Below are positions 43,721 to 52,889 of a stretch of DNA of 64,000 bases, one piece after another; the stretch's first letter is position 1; the number at the start of each line of letters is the position of its first letter. The stretch is from Candidatus Micrarchaeota archaeon. GTDB lineage: Archaea; Micrarchaeota; Micrarchaeia; Anstonellales; Bilamarchaeaceae. The translations under genes were made by a program, and so were the position numbers. Under the pieces are notes generated by a model. That model ran no database searches, was not told the origin of the DNA, and saw only the letters and a list, made by a program, of their open reading frames with translations. The stretch covers positions 18,102 to 82,101 of the forward strand of contig JBBSVN010000007.1 of NCBI GenBank assembly GCA_038046765.1. The letters run 5' to 3'.

Positions 43721-44526
43721 AAGGTTTAATATTAAATATCGCTGCGCTTTCGCTGCTTTTACTTCTGATTTCCCTCTCTACTATACTTTTTTTAAACCTA
43801 AATGAAATTGACAGGGCGCTTCTGACAAACAGGAATGCTTACTATTCAAAATATTATTTTGACGATGTAAGAACAGATATTCTATCGCTAGTTTTTAATG
43901 CATCAGTCACATATTCGAATACATCTGTAAATGTTACTTTTAGTGAAACAGTACCCAAGCAAAATCTAACTCTTTTACTTACAACTTACAAAAGTTTGCT
44001 TGAGAATAATTATGGAACGCTTGCTAACGCCAATTTTTCCTTAAACATTTCAGAATATACAAAAGGGGATTATACGCTTAAATTTTATGGGTGGCTTTAC
44101 AATGTTTCCTATGCTAACGATCGTATTTCTTTCTTAAGAAATTCTACGAGTGCTAATGATGTCCAAGGGTATGTTGTAAATATAACTAATAGCAAATCAA
44201 GAAAAACTTTTACTAACTTTGTACTTGAACCAACTGGAAGCATGAATCTTACTTTTCGTTACCAGGATCTAAATGGAACAATCGAATTAGTTGGAAATAT
44301 CAATCCTGCAATAAATAATACTGCCAGCATGGTCTATAGCGACAACTCCACCATAACAATAATTATTAATAACGATATCTTCTTACTTTCCTCTGAAAAT
44401 GTAAGTTTTCCCGTTTCTTTTACAAGTTCGATGAAACCAAACCGGAATTTTTCAAAGACATTTACTGTTCCGCTTACTTTTAATTATACTCAATCTACGT
44501 TTAGTAAGTATAGCGAGCTTGACTAG
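43717..44526 (+). CDS. Pilin-like / pilus-associated glycoprotein
   Basis: MKGLILNIAALSLLLLLISL N-terminus. ATGA overlap at 43717-43720 with AGGAG upstream. I count 16 N-x-S/T sequons in about 269 aa. Confidence 0.55.
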   Translation: MKGLILNIAALSLLLLLISLSTILFLNLNEIDRALLTNRNAYYSKYYFDDVRTDILSLVFNASVTYSNTSVNVTFSETVPKQNLTLLLTTYKSLLENNYGTLANANFSLNISEYTKGDYTLKFYGWLYNVSYANDRISFLRNSTSANDVQGYVVNITNSKSRKTFTNFVLEPTGSMNLTFRYQDLNGTIELVGNINPAINNTASMVYSDNSTITIIINNDIFLLSSENVSFPVSFTSSMKPNRNFSKTFTVPLTFNYTQSTFSKYSELD

Positions 44527-44589
44527 TTTGACTAGTTTAATTTCGGCAAATCACTAATCTTTATAAAATAAGTATGGAAAGTGAATTAT

Positions 44590-46329
44590 ATGTTCATTGA
44601 AACTAAGATTGACTTGCTGCTAAAAACTTTATTAAAAAACAATTCTCTTGATTTTTTAGAAGCTTCCAAAACATTGTCTTGGGGTTCGGATGGTTTAGAA
44701 AAGTCCGCTCGTATTCTTGAAGATGCTAAAATAGTTGAAATAAAGTATTATCTTAATCCATTCCAGAAGCCTGCGATTTTTTTAAAGTCTAAGGAATTGG
44801 TTTTAAATCCGTCTTCAAGTGAAAATTCACCTAAAGAAAAAGAAAGGTATGATTTAAAACCCGAAGGCAAAACTCTAGCTACTGTATCTATAAATTATTC
44901 TAACTCTGAAAAGCATCTCTTTTATGATATCAATATTGCAACAGTTTCTTATTACACCCAGCTTTATTTTAATGCAATAAAGGACGAACTAGCCAGAACT
45001 TATCCGATACAACTAGCAGACATGGCACAAAACGATCTGCAGACTACGGTCATGTTAGAAAAAATATCAAAAAAAATTGCAGATGATGGAGTTGCCAAAT
45101 CTGATCAGGATATTGCACTTATTTCTGATGTTTTGATTCACCAGATGTTTGGGCTAGGGGTAATCGATTCACTTATGCAGGATGCATGGCTTGAAGAAGT
45201 TATAATTAACACGGCTAAACTTCCAATTTCAGTTTATCATAGAAAATACGGCTGGCTTAAAACAAATCTTACGATAAAAACTGAAGATGAAATACTTAAT
45301 TATGCAACACAGATTGCACGAAAAGTTGGCAGAGAAGTTACAACATTAAATCCAATTCTTGATGCTCACTTAAAAGGCGGTGACCGTGTTAATGCCACGA
45401 TTAAGCCGATCGCATCCAAGGGCCATAGTATAAATATCCGGATGTTCGCGCGTAATCCATGGACGATTATTTCGCTTATTGATGAATCACAAAAATCAAT
45501 GTCTGTTGAAATGGCTTCGTTGCTTTGGCAGGCAATGCAGTACGAAATGAATATTATGGTTGCGGGGGGCACTGCAAGTGGAAAAACAAGTATGCTAAAT
45601 GCTCTCGTTTCACTAATACAACCTTACCAGCGTGTTGTTACTATTGAAGACTCGCGCGAATTAAATCTCCCAAGTTATCAGTGGAATTGGGTGCCTATGG
45701 TGACAAGAAGACCTAATCCGGAAGGCCTAGGCGAAGTTACTATGCTCGATTTACTTATCAATTCATTAAGAATGCGTCCGGACAGGATTGTTCTAGGTGA
45801 AGTTAGAAAGAAGGAAGAAGCACAGGTTTTATTTGAAGCAATGCACACTGGACATAGTACGTACTCAACAATACATGCTGATACTGGTGAAGAAGTACTA
45901 AAACGTCTGATGCAACCCCCGTTTGAAGTTTCGCCTATTCTACTAGAAGATATAAATTTGATTGTTGCACAGTTTAGGGACAGGAGAAAAAATATAAGAA
46001 GGACACTACAAATTCTGGAAGTAAAAGAAGGCGAAAAAACCCCTGAAATAAACCATATTCATGTCTGGAGGCCTAGAAAAGATATATTCCAGGCAGTAAA
46101 TTCTCCAAGAAAATATATTGAGTCTCTTAATCTTCACACAGGTATGACTGAAAAAGAAATTAACCAGGATCAATTAGATAAAGGAGAAGTTCTTTCATGG
46201 ATGCTAAAAAACGGTGTTTCTTCTGTAGAAGATGTCGGGAAGGTCATGAAGCTTTACTATGCTGAACCTGATTTTATTGTAAATTCTGCTAAGAAAAACC
46301 TTTTAGCAAAAAAGGTGCTTGAAGAATGA
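44590..46329 (+). CDS. Type IV pilus/archaellum-type secretion ATPase (ArlI/FlaI/TadA, VirB11 superfamily)
   Basis: Walker A VAGGTASGKTS, Asp box/Walker B RPDRIVLGEVR, His box TGHSTYSTIHA. About 200-aa N-terminal extension. Confidence 0.9.
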   Translation: MFIETKIDLLLKTLLKNNSLDFLEASKTLSWGSDGLEKSARILEDAKIVEIKYYLNPFQKPAIFLKSKELVLNPSSSENSPKEKERYDLKPEGKTLATVSINYSNSEKHLFYDINIATVSYYTQLYFNAIKDELARTYPIQLADMAQNDLQTTVMLEKISKKIADDGVAKSDQDIALISDVLIHQMFGLGVIDSLMQDAWLEEVIINTAKLPISVYHRKYGWLKTNLTIKTEDEILNYATQIARKVGREVTTLNPILDAHLKGGDRVNATIKPIASKGHSINIRMFARNPWTIISLIDESQKSMSVEMASLLWQAMQYEMNIMVAGGTASGKTSMLNALVSLIQPYQRVVTIEDSRELNLPSYQWNWVPMVTRRPNPEGLGEVTMLDLLINSLRMRPDRIVLGEVRKKEEAQVLFEAMHTGHSTYSTIHADTGEEVLKRLMQPPFEVSPILLEDINLIVAQFRDRRKNIRRTLQILEVKEGEKTPEINHIHVWRPRKDIFQAVNSPRKYIESLNLHTGMTEKEINQDQLDKGEVLSWMLKNGVSSVEDVGKVMKLYYAEPDFIVNSAKKNLLAKKVLEE

Positions 46330-47219
46330 GCAAAGTTCGGATACCATTGCTGCTTTTTCCAAATTCCAGGAGGGTAATTCTTCTAAAAAATTATATCTAC
46401 CCAGTTATTTCCTTCGTATCAAATATGGGGTCATTAAAGTATAATTTAATTTCAATAAATCACGAGCAGAGCCTGGATGATTACAGTTTGCATTCTATTT
46501 TTTCAGCAGCAGTTTGGGGGGTATTTTGTGCACTGTTTTCGCTAGGTCTTATGATGTTTCGTTCTTTTCCCCAGGAAAAGGCTATTTTAAGTTCCTTTGT
46601 TTTTGGAATTATTTTCTTTATGCTTTTTTTAATGCTTCATGTCATGTATCCTGGCATAATTGCAAAAAAATTGGGTGAGCGTTCCGAGCGCGATCTACTT
46701 TATGCGCTTCGTGATATGCTACTACAAATTGAAAGCGGAATTTCCTTATACGATTCAATGTATAATATTTCAATATCTGGTTATGGATACTTGTCAAAGG
46801 AGTTTGAGCAGCCTATAAAAATGATGAATAGCGGAGTAAGTGAAAGGGAAGCTTTGCTTTACGTAAGTTTACATAGTAAAAGTGAATACTTAAGGAAAAT
46901 AACCTGGCAAATTATCACATCATTGGAATCTGGTGCAAGCTTAACGGTGGCCCTTCGAAGTACCATGGCTTCTTTAGAAAATTCACAACTAAGATCAATA
47001 CGAAGTTATTCTTCGAGCCTGAATATGCTTATGTTAATCTATATGCTAAGCGCTGCAGCAATTCCGTCTTTAGGGGTAACTTTTCTAACCATTTTATCCG
47101 CATTTAGTGGAGCAGGAATAGGAAATGAAACTTTTTTGCTTTTGTTTTTGTTTTCAGCAGCAGTACAGTTAATGTTAATTGGTTATATTCAGGTATCCAG
47201 GCCAAATATCTATGATTAG
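46326..47219 (+). CDS. Pilus platform membrane protein, single T2SSF domain (TadB/TadC-like)
   Basis: TM, cytoplasmic helical domain, two TM topology. ATGA overlap with the ATPase gene. Confidence 0.65.
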   Translation: MSKVRIPLLLFPNSRRVILLKNYIYPVISFVSNMGSLKYNLISINHEQSLDDYSLHSIFSAAVWGVFCALFSLGLMMFRSFPQEKAILSSFVFGIIFFMLFLMLHVMYPGIIAKKLGERSERDLLYALRDMLLQIESGISLYDSMYNISISGYGYLSKEFEQPIKMMNSGVSEREALLYVSLHSKSEYLRKITWQIITSLESGASLTVALRSTMASLENSQLRSIRSYSSSLNMLMLIYMLSAAAIPSLGVTFLTILSAFSGAGIGNETFLLLFLFSAAVQLMLIGYIQVSRPNIYD

Positions 47220-47273
47220 ATAATCATCAAGTAATAATTAGATAATAATTAGTTAAATGTTTAGGTTATCTAT

Positions 47274-48302
47274 ATGAAAAAATTAATTTATAAAAAATTA
47301 TTCTCGGTTGTTCCAAAAAGCGTTTCACAAAGCGCATCCAAGATGCTAATAAAATCTGGTATAAAAGAAGATGTTAAAACCTGGGTCGGAAGGCGGGTTT
47401 TCTTATGCCTAATTTTATCTGTTTTGTTTTTGTTTCTATCTGTTTTATTTTTCAGTTCAATATTCCCTGCAAATTATAATGCTCTTGGTCCTAATGCCAA
47501 TTTATTCGTACTTATTATATCTTTCCTTGGTTCTATTGCTTCTTTTGCACTGCTTGTTTTTATAAGTTATTTAATTTTACTTTATCGCGTTCATGAAAGG
47601 GCAAAACGTATTGAAAAGGTACTGCCTGATTTCTTATTGATGCTTGTTTCTAATCTAAGAGCAGGTATGACTCCTTATGAAGCTTTTATAAAATCGGCAC
47701 AGCCTGAATTTGCCCCCCTTGATTCTGAAATTCAGATTGCCGCTGCAAAAATGCTTGGAAGTGAATCATTGTCTGATGCATTAGAAGAACTAAGGAACAG
47801 GTTCGATTCTAAAATATTTGACCGGACATTTTTATTTTTTAATCGTGGTTTGAAATCCGGCGGTAAACTGGCTAAATTGCTTGAAGGCTGTGCTGAAGAT
47901 ATAAGAAAAATCGGAGATCTAAAAGCCGAATATCGTTCTTCTACAAAAAGTTATACTGTATTTCTTATTTTTATTTTAGTCTTTGTTATGCCATTTTTAC
48001 TTGCAATATCTTATCACTTCATTTTATTTTTTAGCAATATTCAGGCACAGCAAAGTGCAAACACGTCAATTACTCTATCCGTATTTAGCGGTAAAATAGG
48101 CATAACTAAAGATTTTATTGAAAGGATGAGTTTGATTATTCTGTTTGTTACTTCTCTATTAGTTTCCTCCCTGATAGGTTCAATATCTGAAGGTAAGCCT
48201 ATTTATGGTATAAAATATTTCCCAGTTTTCTTCTTTTTAGGTACATTTGTGATGTATATTTCACGCGATGTTGTGGGAGCTTTCATAAAAGGATTTATAT
48301 AA
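47274..48302 (+). CDS. Pilus platform membrane protein, single T2SSF domain (TadC/TadB-like)
   Basis: Same topology as the preceding gene. LPDFLLMLVSNLRAGMTPYEAF is typical of T2SSF domains. Confidence 0.7.
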   Translation: MKKLIYKKLFSVVPKSVSQSASKMLIKSGIKEDVKTWVGRRVFLCLILSVLFLFLSVLFFSSIFPANYNALGPNANLFVLIISFLGSIASFALLVFISYLILLYRVHERAKRIEKVLPDFLLMLVSNLRAGMTPYEAFIKSAQPEFAPLDSEIQIAAAKMLGSESLSDALEELRNRFDSKIFDRTFLFFNRGLKSGGKLAKLLEGCAEDIRKIGDLKAEYRSSTKSYTVFLIFILVFVMPFLLAISYHFILFFSNIQAQQSANTSITLSVFSGKIGITKDFIERMSLIILFVTSLLVSSLIGSISEGKPIYGIKYFPVFFFLGTFVMYISRDVVGAFIKGFI

Positions 48303-48358
48303 CCACTTAAAAAACCTTTATAAATTTATTTTGTATTGCTTAACTTAAGGTGATATTA

Positions 48359-48811
48359 ATGAAGAAGGCACAGCTTTCAACTGAGTATTTAATCGTACTC
48401 GCAGTAGTTTTAGTATTAGTTTTAGTCGTAGTAGGTATTATGAGCGGATTCCCAAGTTTGGGTACACAGGCAAAGGAAAGTCAGTCTGTTTCGTATTGGT
48501 CAAGCGCGAGTCCTCTTTCAATTAAAACATATAAGGCCTCTGCAACTACTTTGGATTTAGTACTTGTAAATCGTTTATCTGAAAAAGTTACTTTAACAGG
48601 TGTAAGTTTAGGAACAGGTGCATCCGTATTTGGAACATCCACTGATTTTGGTCCTGGTGAAGAAAAACAGATTGCTGCAACATTAGCTAGTACATGCGGT
48701 GTTGTTGGAACACAGTTTGATTATGCAAACGTAACAATTACATATACTAAGGGAACAGTAAGCGGACTAAAAGAAGTCGGAACTGTCTCACTTGTTGGTA
48801 AGTGTTCATAA
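48359..48811 (+). CDS. Putative major pilin (class III signal peptide)
   Basis: MKKAQ|LSTEYLIVLAVVLVLVLVVV. 150 aa. Followed by a strong oligo-T tract. Confidence 0.75.
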   Translation: MKKAQLSTEYLIVLAVVLVLVLVVVGIMSGFPSLGTQAKESQSVSYWSSASPLSIKTYKASATTLDLVLVNRLSEKVTLTGVSLGTGASVFGTSTDFGPGEEKQIAATLASTCGVVGTQFDYANVTITYTKGTVSGLKEVGTVSLVGKCS

Positions 48812-48812
48812 G

Positions 48813-48842
48813 TTTATTTTTTCTTTTTTTCTTTATTTTTTT
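48813..48842 (+). terminator. Oligo-T tract (archaeal-type terminator) after the pilin gene
   Basis: TTTATTTTTTCTTTTTTTCTTTATTTTTTT immediately downstream of the stop codon. Confidence 0.45.
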
Positions 48843-48952
48843 AATTAGTCCTAGGAAAATATTCTCAAATTATTTTCTACTTTTTGGTGGTACTAAGTTA
48901 TTAATTGTTATTTTAGATAGGTTTTTAAATACGTGGTTATTAATATATAAAT

Positions 48953-49597
48953 ATGAAATTACAACTAGTTTCTCCAAAAAATCCAATGAATAAACGTGCT
49001 TTAGACTTATTAAGGGAAGTATTAAGCAGAACCAAGTCAAAACCAGCTCCTGAGAATGTATCTACGGATGTCGCTAAAATTGAAGCTCGCATAAAAGATA
49101 TTGAAACGCATGAGGGGAAATTTGGTGCACCCTTTGATGACATTTCTTTTCATGGGATGGATTTAAGTAAGTTAAATCTAAGTGCATATCGATTACATGG
49201 TACTAATCTAAGTAATGCTGATTTTAGAAATGCATTTTTGGTAGGTGTTACTCTTGATTATGTCGATTGTTGTTTTACTGATTTTACTGGTGCTGATTTA
49301 AGAGGAGCAGACATACGTAAAGCATTTCCGTTAAACTCAATTTATGTGGGCACAGATTTACGAATACCACCTAGCTCAATTAAACTTTACACTGATAGCT
49401 ATATTTTCGCTGTTCATACTTTTCTTATCAATTGTGCATTTCTTCATACAAAAATAACTCCAGAACAAAAAGAACTATTTATTAGAGTTACTTCTGGTGT
49501 TCTGCCTCCTCGTTTTTTTAACCAGGCGAGATTTCAAGTTGTTCCTTGGACAAACGAAGATCAGAAAGTTGTCGATTCCGCACGTTTTCTTATATAA
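48953..49597 (+). CDS. Pentapeptide-repeat protein
   Basis: LSKLNLSAYRLHGTNLSNADFRNAFLVGVTLDYVDCCFTDFTGADLRGADIRKA. The 3' end overlaps the convergent GT4 gene by 37 nt. Confidence 0.6.
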   Translation: MKLQLVSPKNPMNKRALDLLREVLSRTKSKPAPENVSTDVAKIEARIKDIETHEGKFGAPFDDISFHGMDLSKLNLSAYRLHGTNLSNADFRNAFLVGVTLDYVDCCFTDFTGADLRGADIRKAFPLNSIYVGTDLRIPPSSIKLYTDSYIFAVHTFLINCAFLHTKITPEQKELFIRVTSGVLPPRFFNQARFQVVPWTNEDQKVVDSARFLI

Positions 49598-50691
49598 GTT
49601 TCCTCAAATCTTTTAACCATCTTTTCTACAGAATATTCTTTTAACATTTTTTGTCGTGCTGCTTTGCCAATGCCTTCCCTTATTTTCGGACTTCGAATCA
49701 AATAATCTATAGCAGCGGAAAGCTGCAATACATTCTGAGGTTGTATTAACAGTCCGTGCTTTTCATCTTCAATTAGTTCCTCGTTTCCATCAATGTTTGT
49801 AGCAATTACAGGCAATCCTGCTGCCATCGCTTCCATTAAAGCTCCTGGTAGACCTTCCCGAAGTGATGGGAAAACAAAAATGTCGAATGATTTTAAGATG
49901 TCTGGAATATCTTTACGCTCTCCTAAAAAGACAATGCTGTTTTCGACATGCAAATCTTTTACTAATTGTTGCAATTCGTTTAGCATAACTCCACTTCCGA
50001 CCAAGATTAGTTTAGCAGTTTTATTTTTCTTTAGGATATTCGGCATCGCTCTTATCGCGTACTTTTGTCCTTTAAATTCGTAAAGCCTAGCCACATAGCC
50101 AATTACAAAGTCGTCTTGGTTTAGGCCAAGTTTTTGCTTAGCCTCTTCTTTGGTTAGTTTGCTTTCAAGTTCGCTCCAATTCTTACCGTTTGGTATGTGC
50201 AAAACCTTTTCCTTAGGTACTCCATAAGAAATAAGTTCGTTAGCTCCAGCAAGTGAATTAGAAATATGCAAATCAGCTAGTCCAAGCGTGATTTTATCAA
50301 ACCACACTTTAATTTTAGACTTCCCAGTATCCGTATCCCGTTTACCGCAAATAACTTTCTTTCTTAAAATAAGTTTTCCAACTATCCGGGCGATTAAATT
50401 CTCCTGAAGTAAAAATGAGTTAATTATATCTGGCTTAAGTGATAATACCTTAAATAAAAATAGCGGGTAAGCTACTGGATAAAGATATTTGCATGGCAGG
50501 TTAAGCGATTGTATCTTTATGCCTGCTGCCTTAGCTTCGTTAACTAGCGACCCTCGGTTATAGATGGTACAAATTACGTGTTCAATATCCTTATTCTGCG
50601 AGTTTTTAATTAAAGTTAGAAGCATTCTTTCTGCTCCACCTACTTCGAGGCTTGCGATAAAATGAAGAACTTTGATTGGTCTATTTTCCAC
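49561..50691 (-). CDS. Glycosyltransferase, GT4 family
   Basis: KVLHFIASLEVGGAERML N-domain. FVFPSLREGLPGALMEAMAAGLPVIATNIDGNEELIEDEKHGLL C-domain. Confidence 0.85.
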   Translation of the reverse strand: MENRPIKVLHFIASLEVGGAERMLLTLIKNSQNKDIEHVICTIYNRGSLVNEAKAAGIKIQSLNLPCKYLYPVAYPLFLFKVLSLKPDIINSFLLQENLIARIVGKLILRKKVICGKRDTDTGKSKIKVWFDKITLGLADLHISNSLAGANELISYGVPKEKVLHIPNGKNWSELESKLTKEEAKQKLGLNQDDFVIGYVARLYEFKGQKYAIRAMPNILKKNKTAKLILVGSGVMLNELQQLVKDLHVENSIVFLGERKDIPDILKSFDIFVFPSLREGLPGALMEAMAAGLPVIATNIDGNEELIEDEKHGLLIQPQNVLQLSAAIDYLIRSPKIREGIGKAARQKMLKEYSVEKMVKRFEETYIRKRAESTTF

Positions 50692-50702
50692 AATTACACC
50701 AG

Positions 50703-50993
50703 TTATCTGATCAGTTCAAGAGATTTTTTTAGTTGGTCGTAATTTAAGTTGCTTTTTATCCCGTGAGATGTAAATATTTCCATCATTTCTCTTAATGGGA
50801 TGTTGCAAAGTTTCGCTGCTTCTCTAAGACTTATCCTACCTTCTTTGTACAACTGCACTGCATATTCTCTTGTTCCAAGAATTAATAGTTGTCTTAATGC
50901 TGTTGATTCATCTACACTTTCCATTTTTGTACGGAATTTTAATACGTTTACTAAGTCATAAGATAATCTTGTAGTTTTAGATACGTTTTCCAT
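50703..50993 (-). CDS. UPF0175 family antitoxin-like protein
   Basis: LYKEGRISLREAAKLCNIPLREMMEIFTSHGIKSNLNYDQLKKSLE matches the UPF0175 pattern. The start ATG at 50993 lies 1 nt after the PIN gene stop codon. Confidence 0.6.
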   Translation of the reverse strand: MENVSKTTRLSYDLVNVLKFRTKMESVDESTALRQLLILGTREYAVQLYKEGRISLREAAKLCNIPLREMMEIFTSHGIKSNLNYDQLKKSLELIR

Positions 50994-50994
50994 A

Positions 50995-51486
50995 TTACCC
51001 AACCTCTGAAAGTGCAAGGTCATACTGCTCTGTACTTACATATTCTTTAAGTCTGTTTAGTGCAGTAATCGCATCGTCTCTTTTTATTTTCGCTTTTTTA
51101 TATAAATAAACAATAATATACGCAGGAGGCAGAACTTTGCAACCAAGCGAGCTTAATAAAGTAAAAACTTTTCTGTCATCTGTTGAAACAAAATCGTACT
51201 CAATACTTTTGGTTAAAGCATACACCCCCATTTCGCCGTTTAATAAACCAAAATGTTTTATTTCGACTTCAGTTTCTTTAGTTAGCTCTACCTTAAGTAC
51301 TTTTATTTTTTCCTGGTTTATATTTTGTTCAATTATTTGGGAATCAGGGTATTCTCTGGCTTGATCTACAGTTTCTATTTTTACTTCTTGTGGTATTACA
51401 ATTTCGTAGTTTTCTACAAGTATCTCTTTAAAATGTGATTTTGTGAGTTTTATTAAACTATCTGCATCCATTATTATCTTTGTCAT
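50995..51486 (-). CDS. PIN-like nuclease domain protein (DUF3368-type toxin)
   Basis: N-terminal IIMDADSLIKL. GEMGVYALTKS...FVSTDDRKVFTLLSSLGCKVLPPAYIIVYLYKKAKI parallels DUF3368 (GEaeaiaLA...lliDDrkaRkvA..lGlkvtGtlgiLlkAkkkG). Confidence 0.6.
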   Translation of the reverse strand: MTKIIMDADSLIKLTKSHFKEILVENYEIVIPQEVKIETVDQAREYPDSQIIEQNINQEKIKVLKVELTKETEVEIKHFGLLNGEMGVYALTKSIEYDFVSTDDRKVFTLLSSLGCKVLPPAYIIVYLYKKAKIKRDDAITALNRLKEYVSTEQYDLALSEVG

Positions 51487-51512
51487 ACAATTATTACAGC
51501 GTAATACATTTA

Positions 51513-52868
51513 TTAATATTGTGCTTTAACAATCTGTTCGTATTCATTAACAAGTTGCTGTGCCTTCTCCTGAGTCTTTGCTTCTGCAAAAATCCTTACG
51601 TAATCTTCTGTTCCGCTTGCCCTGACAATTACCCAGGAATCAGCAAAATCTACGCGAATCCCATCGATTTCATTTATCTTTAGTTTTTTCTTAGTTGCAT
51701 ACGCTTTTGCTTTTTTTAGCATAGTTTGTTTTTCATCTGATTTAGCACTTATCTTTATTTTATGATTATAATAAACAGGAACTTGGGCAATCGCTTCACT
51801 TAATTTTTTTCCGGTTAATGCCATATGTTCAATAATTTTAACTGCTGTAAAAATTCCATCTTTAGCTAAACTAAGTTCTGGCCAGATCACTCCTCCAACT
51901 TCTTCTCCACCAGATACGCACTTATTTTCTAAAACTGCTTCACAGATGTATGGCGCACCAACTTTTGTATAAATTGTTTTGACACCAAATTTTTCTGCTA
52001 CATCCTGCGTCGCTTTACTTGTGGCAACTGTTGTAACTACGCTCCCTTTTTTCTCCTGTAATTTTATTAAAAATGAAAGTGCAGTTATTTTGTCTCCTAT
52101 TACAAATTCGCCATTTTCATCTACGAGTGTTACTCTATCTCCATCACAATCAAATGCAATTCCAAGGTCGCATTTTGTTGCTTTGACAATGCTAATTAGT
52201 TCCTTTATGTTTTCTTTGGTTGGTTCGCTATCCCGACCAGGAAAAGTACCGTCAATCTGGCTGTTTATGCTTATTATCTGGCATCCAAGTAAGTCTCGTA
52301 AAACATAAGGCGCAATTAAACACATTGTTGCGTTCGCACAATCTACGGCTACTTTATACTTCTTAGATTTTATCTTTTCGATATTTTTTCCTATAAGTTT
52401 TATCATCGCAGTTATATGGTCGCTCGTTGCGTTTTTGTATTTTAAAACTGGTTTTACATTTTTGTAATTTGTATTCTTGTTAGTAAGCATTAGTTTTTCT
52501 ATATCTTCTCCTCTTTCTCTTGATACTGAAACTCCGTCTCTATCAACAACTTTAAGTGCATTATACTCTGGAGGAAGATGCGATGCTGTAATTATTATAA
52601 GTCCATCTGCATTTAGTTTTTTTATCATAAATTCGGCAGTTGGTGAAGTTACTACTCCTAAATCAATAACTTCGCAGCCGATGCTAGTTAGTCCTGCTAA
52701 AACTGCATTATTTAAGCGTTCTCCAGTAAGACGCACATCTCGTCCTACAACTATTTTTCCATTGTTAAAATACGTTCCAATTGCAATGGCAGCTTTAAGT
52801 GCAAATTCTTCATTAAGAAAATCGAATTTACCGCGTATTCCGTTTGTTCCAAAATATTTTGCAGTCAT
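51513..52868 (-). CDS. Phosphohexomutase (phosphoglucosamine/phosphomanno/phosphoglucomutase)
   Basis: FGTNGIRG. Phosphoserine loop IIITASHLPPEYNALK. Metal loop FDCDGDR. Sugar loop GGEEVGG. Confidence 0.88.
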   Translation of the reverse strand: MTAKYFGTNGIRGKFDFLNEEFALKAAIAIGTYFNNGKIVVGRDVRLTGERLNNAVLAGLTSIGCEVIDLGVVTSPTAEFMIKKLNADGLIIITASHLPPEYNALKVVDRDGVSVSRERGEDIEKLMLTNKNTNYKNVKPVLKYKNATSDHITAMIKLIGKNIEKIKSKKYKVAVDCANATMCLIAPYVLRDLLGCQIISINSQIDGTFPGRDSEPTKENIKELISIVKATKCDLGIAFDCDGDRVTLVDENGEFVIGDKITALSFLIKLQEKKGSVVTTVATSKATQDVAEKFGVKTIYTKVGAPYICEAVLENKCVSGGEEVGGVIWPELSLAKDGIFTAVKIIEHMALTGKKLSEAIAQVPVYYNHKIKISAKSDEKQTMLKKAKAYATKKKLKINEIDGIRVDFADSWVIVRASGTEDYVRIFAEAKTQEKAQQLVNEYEQIVKAQY

Positions 52869-52889
52869 GAATATCAACTTATTTAATGT

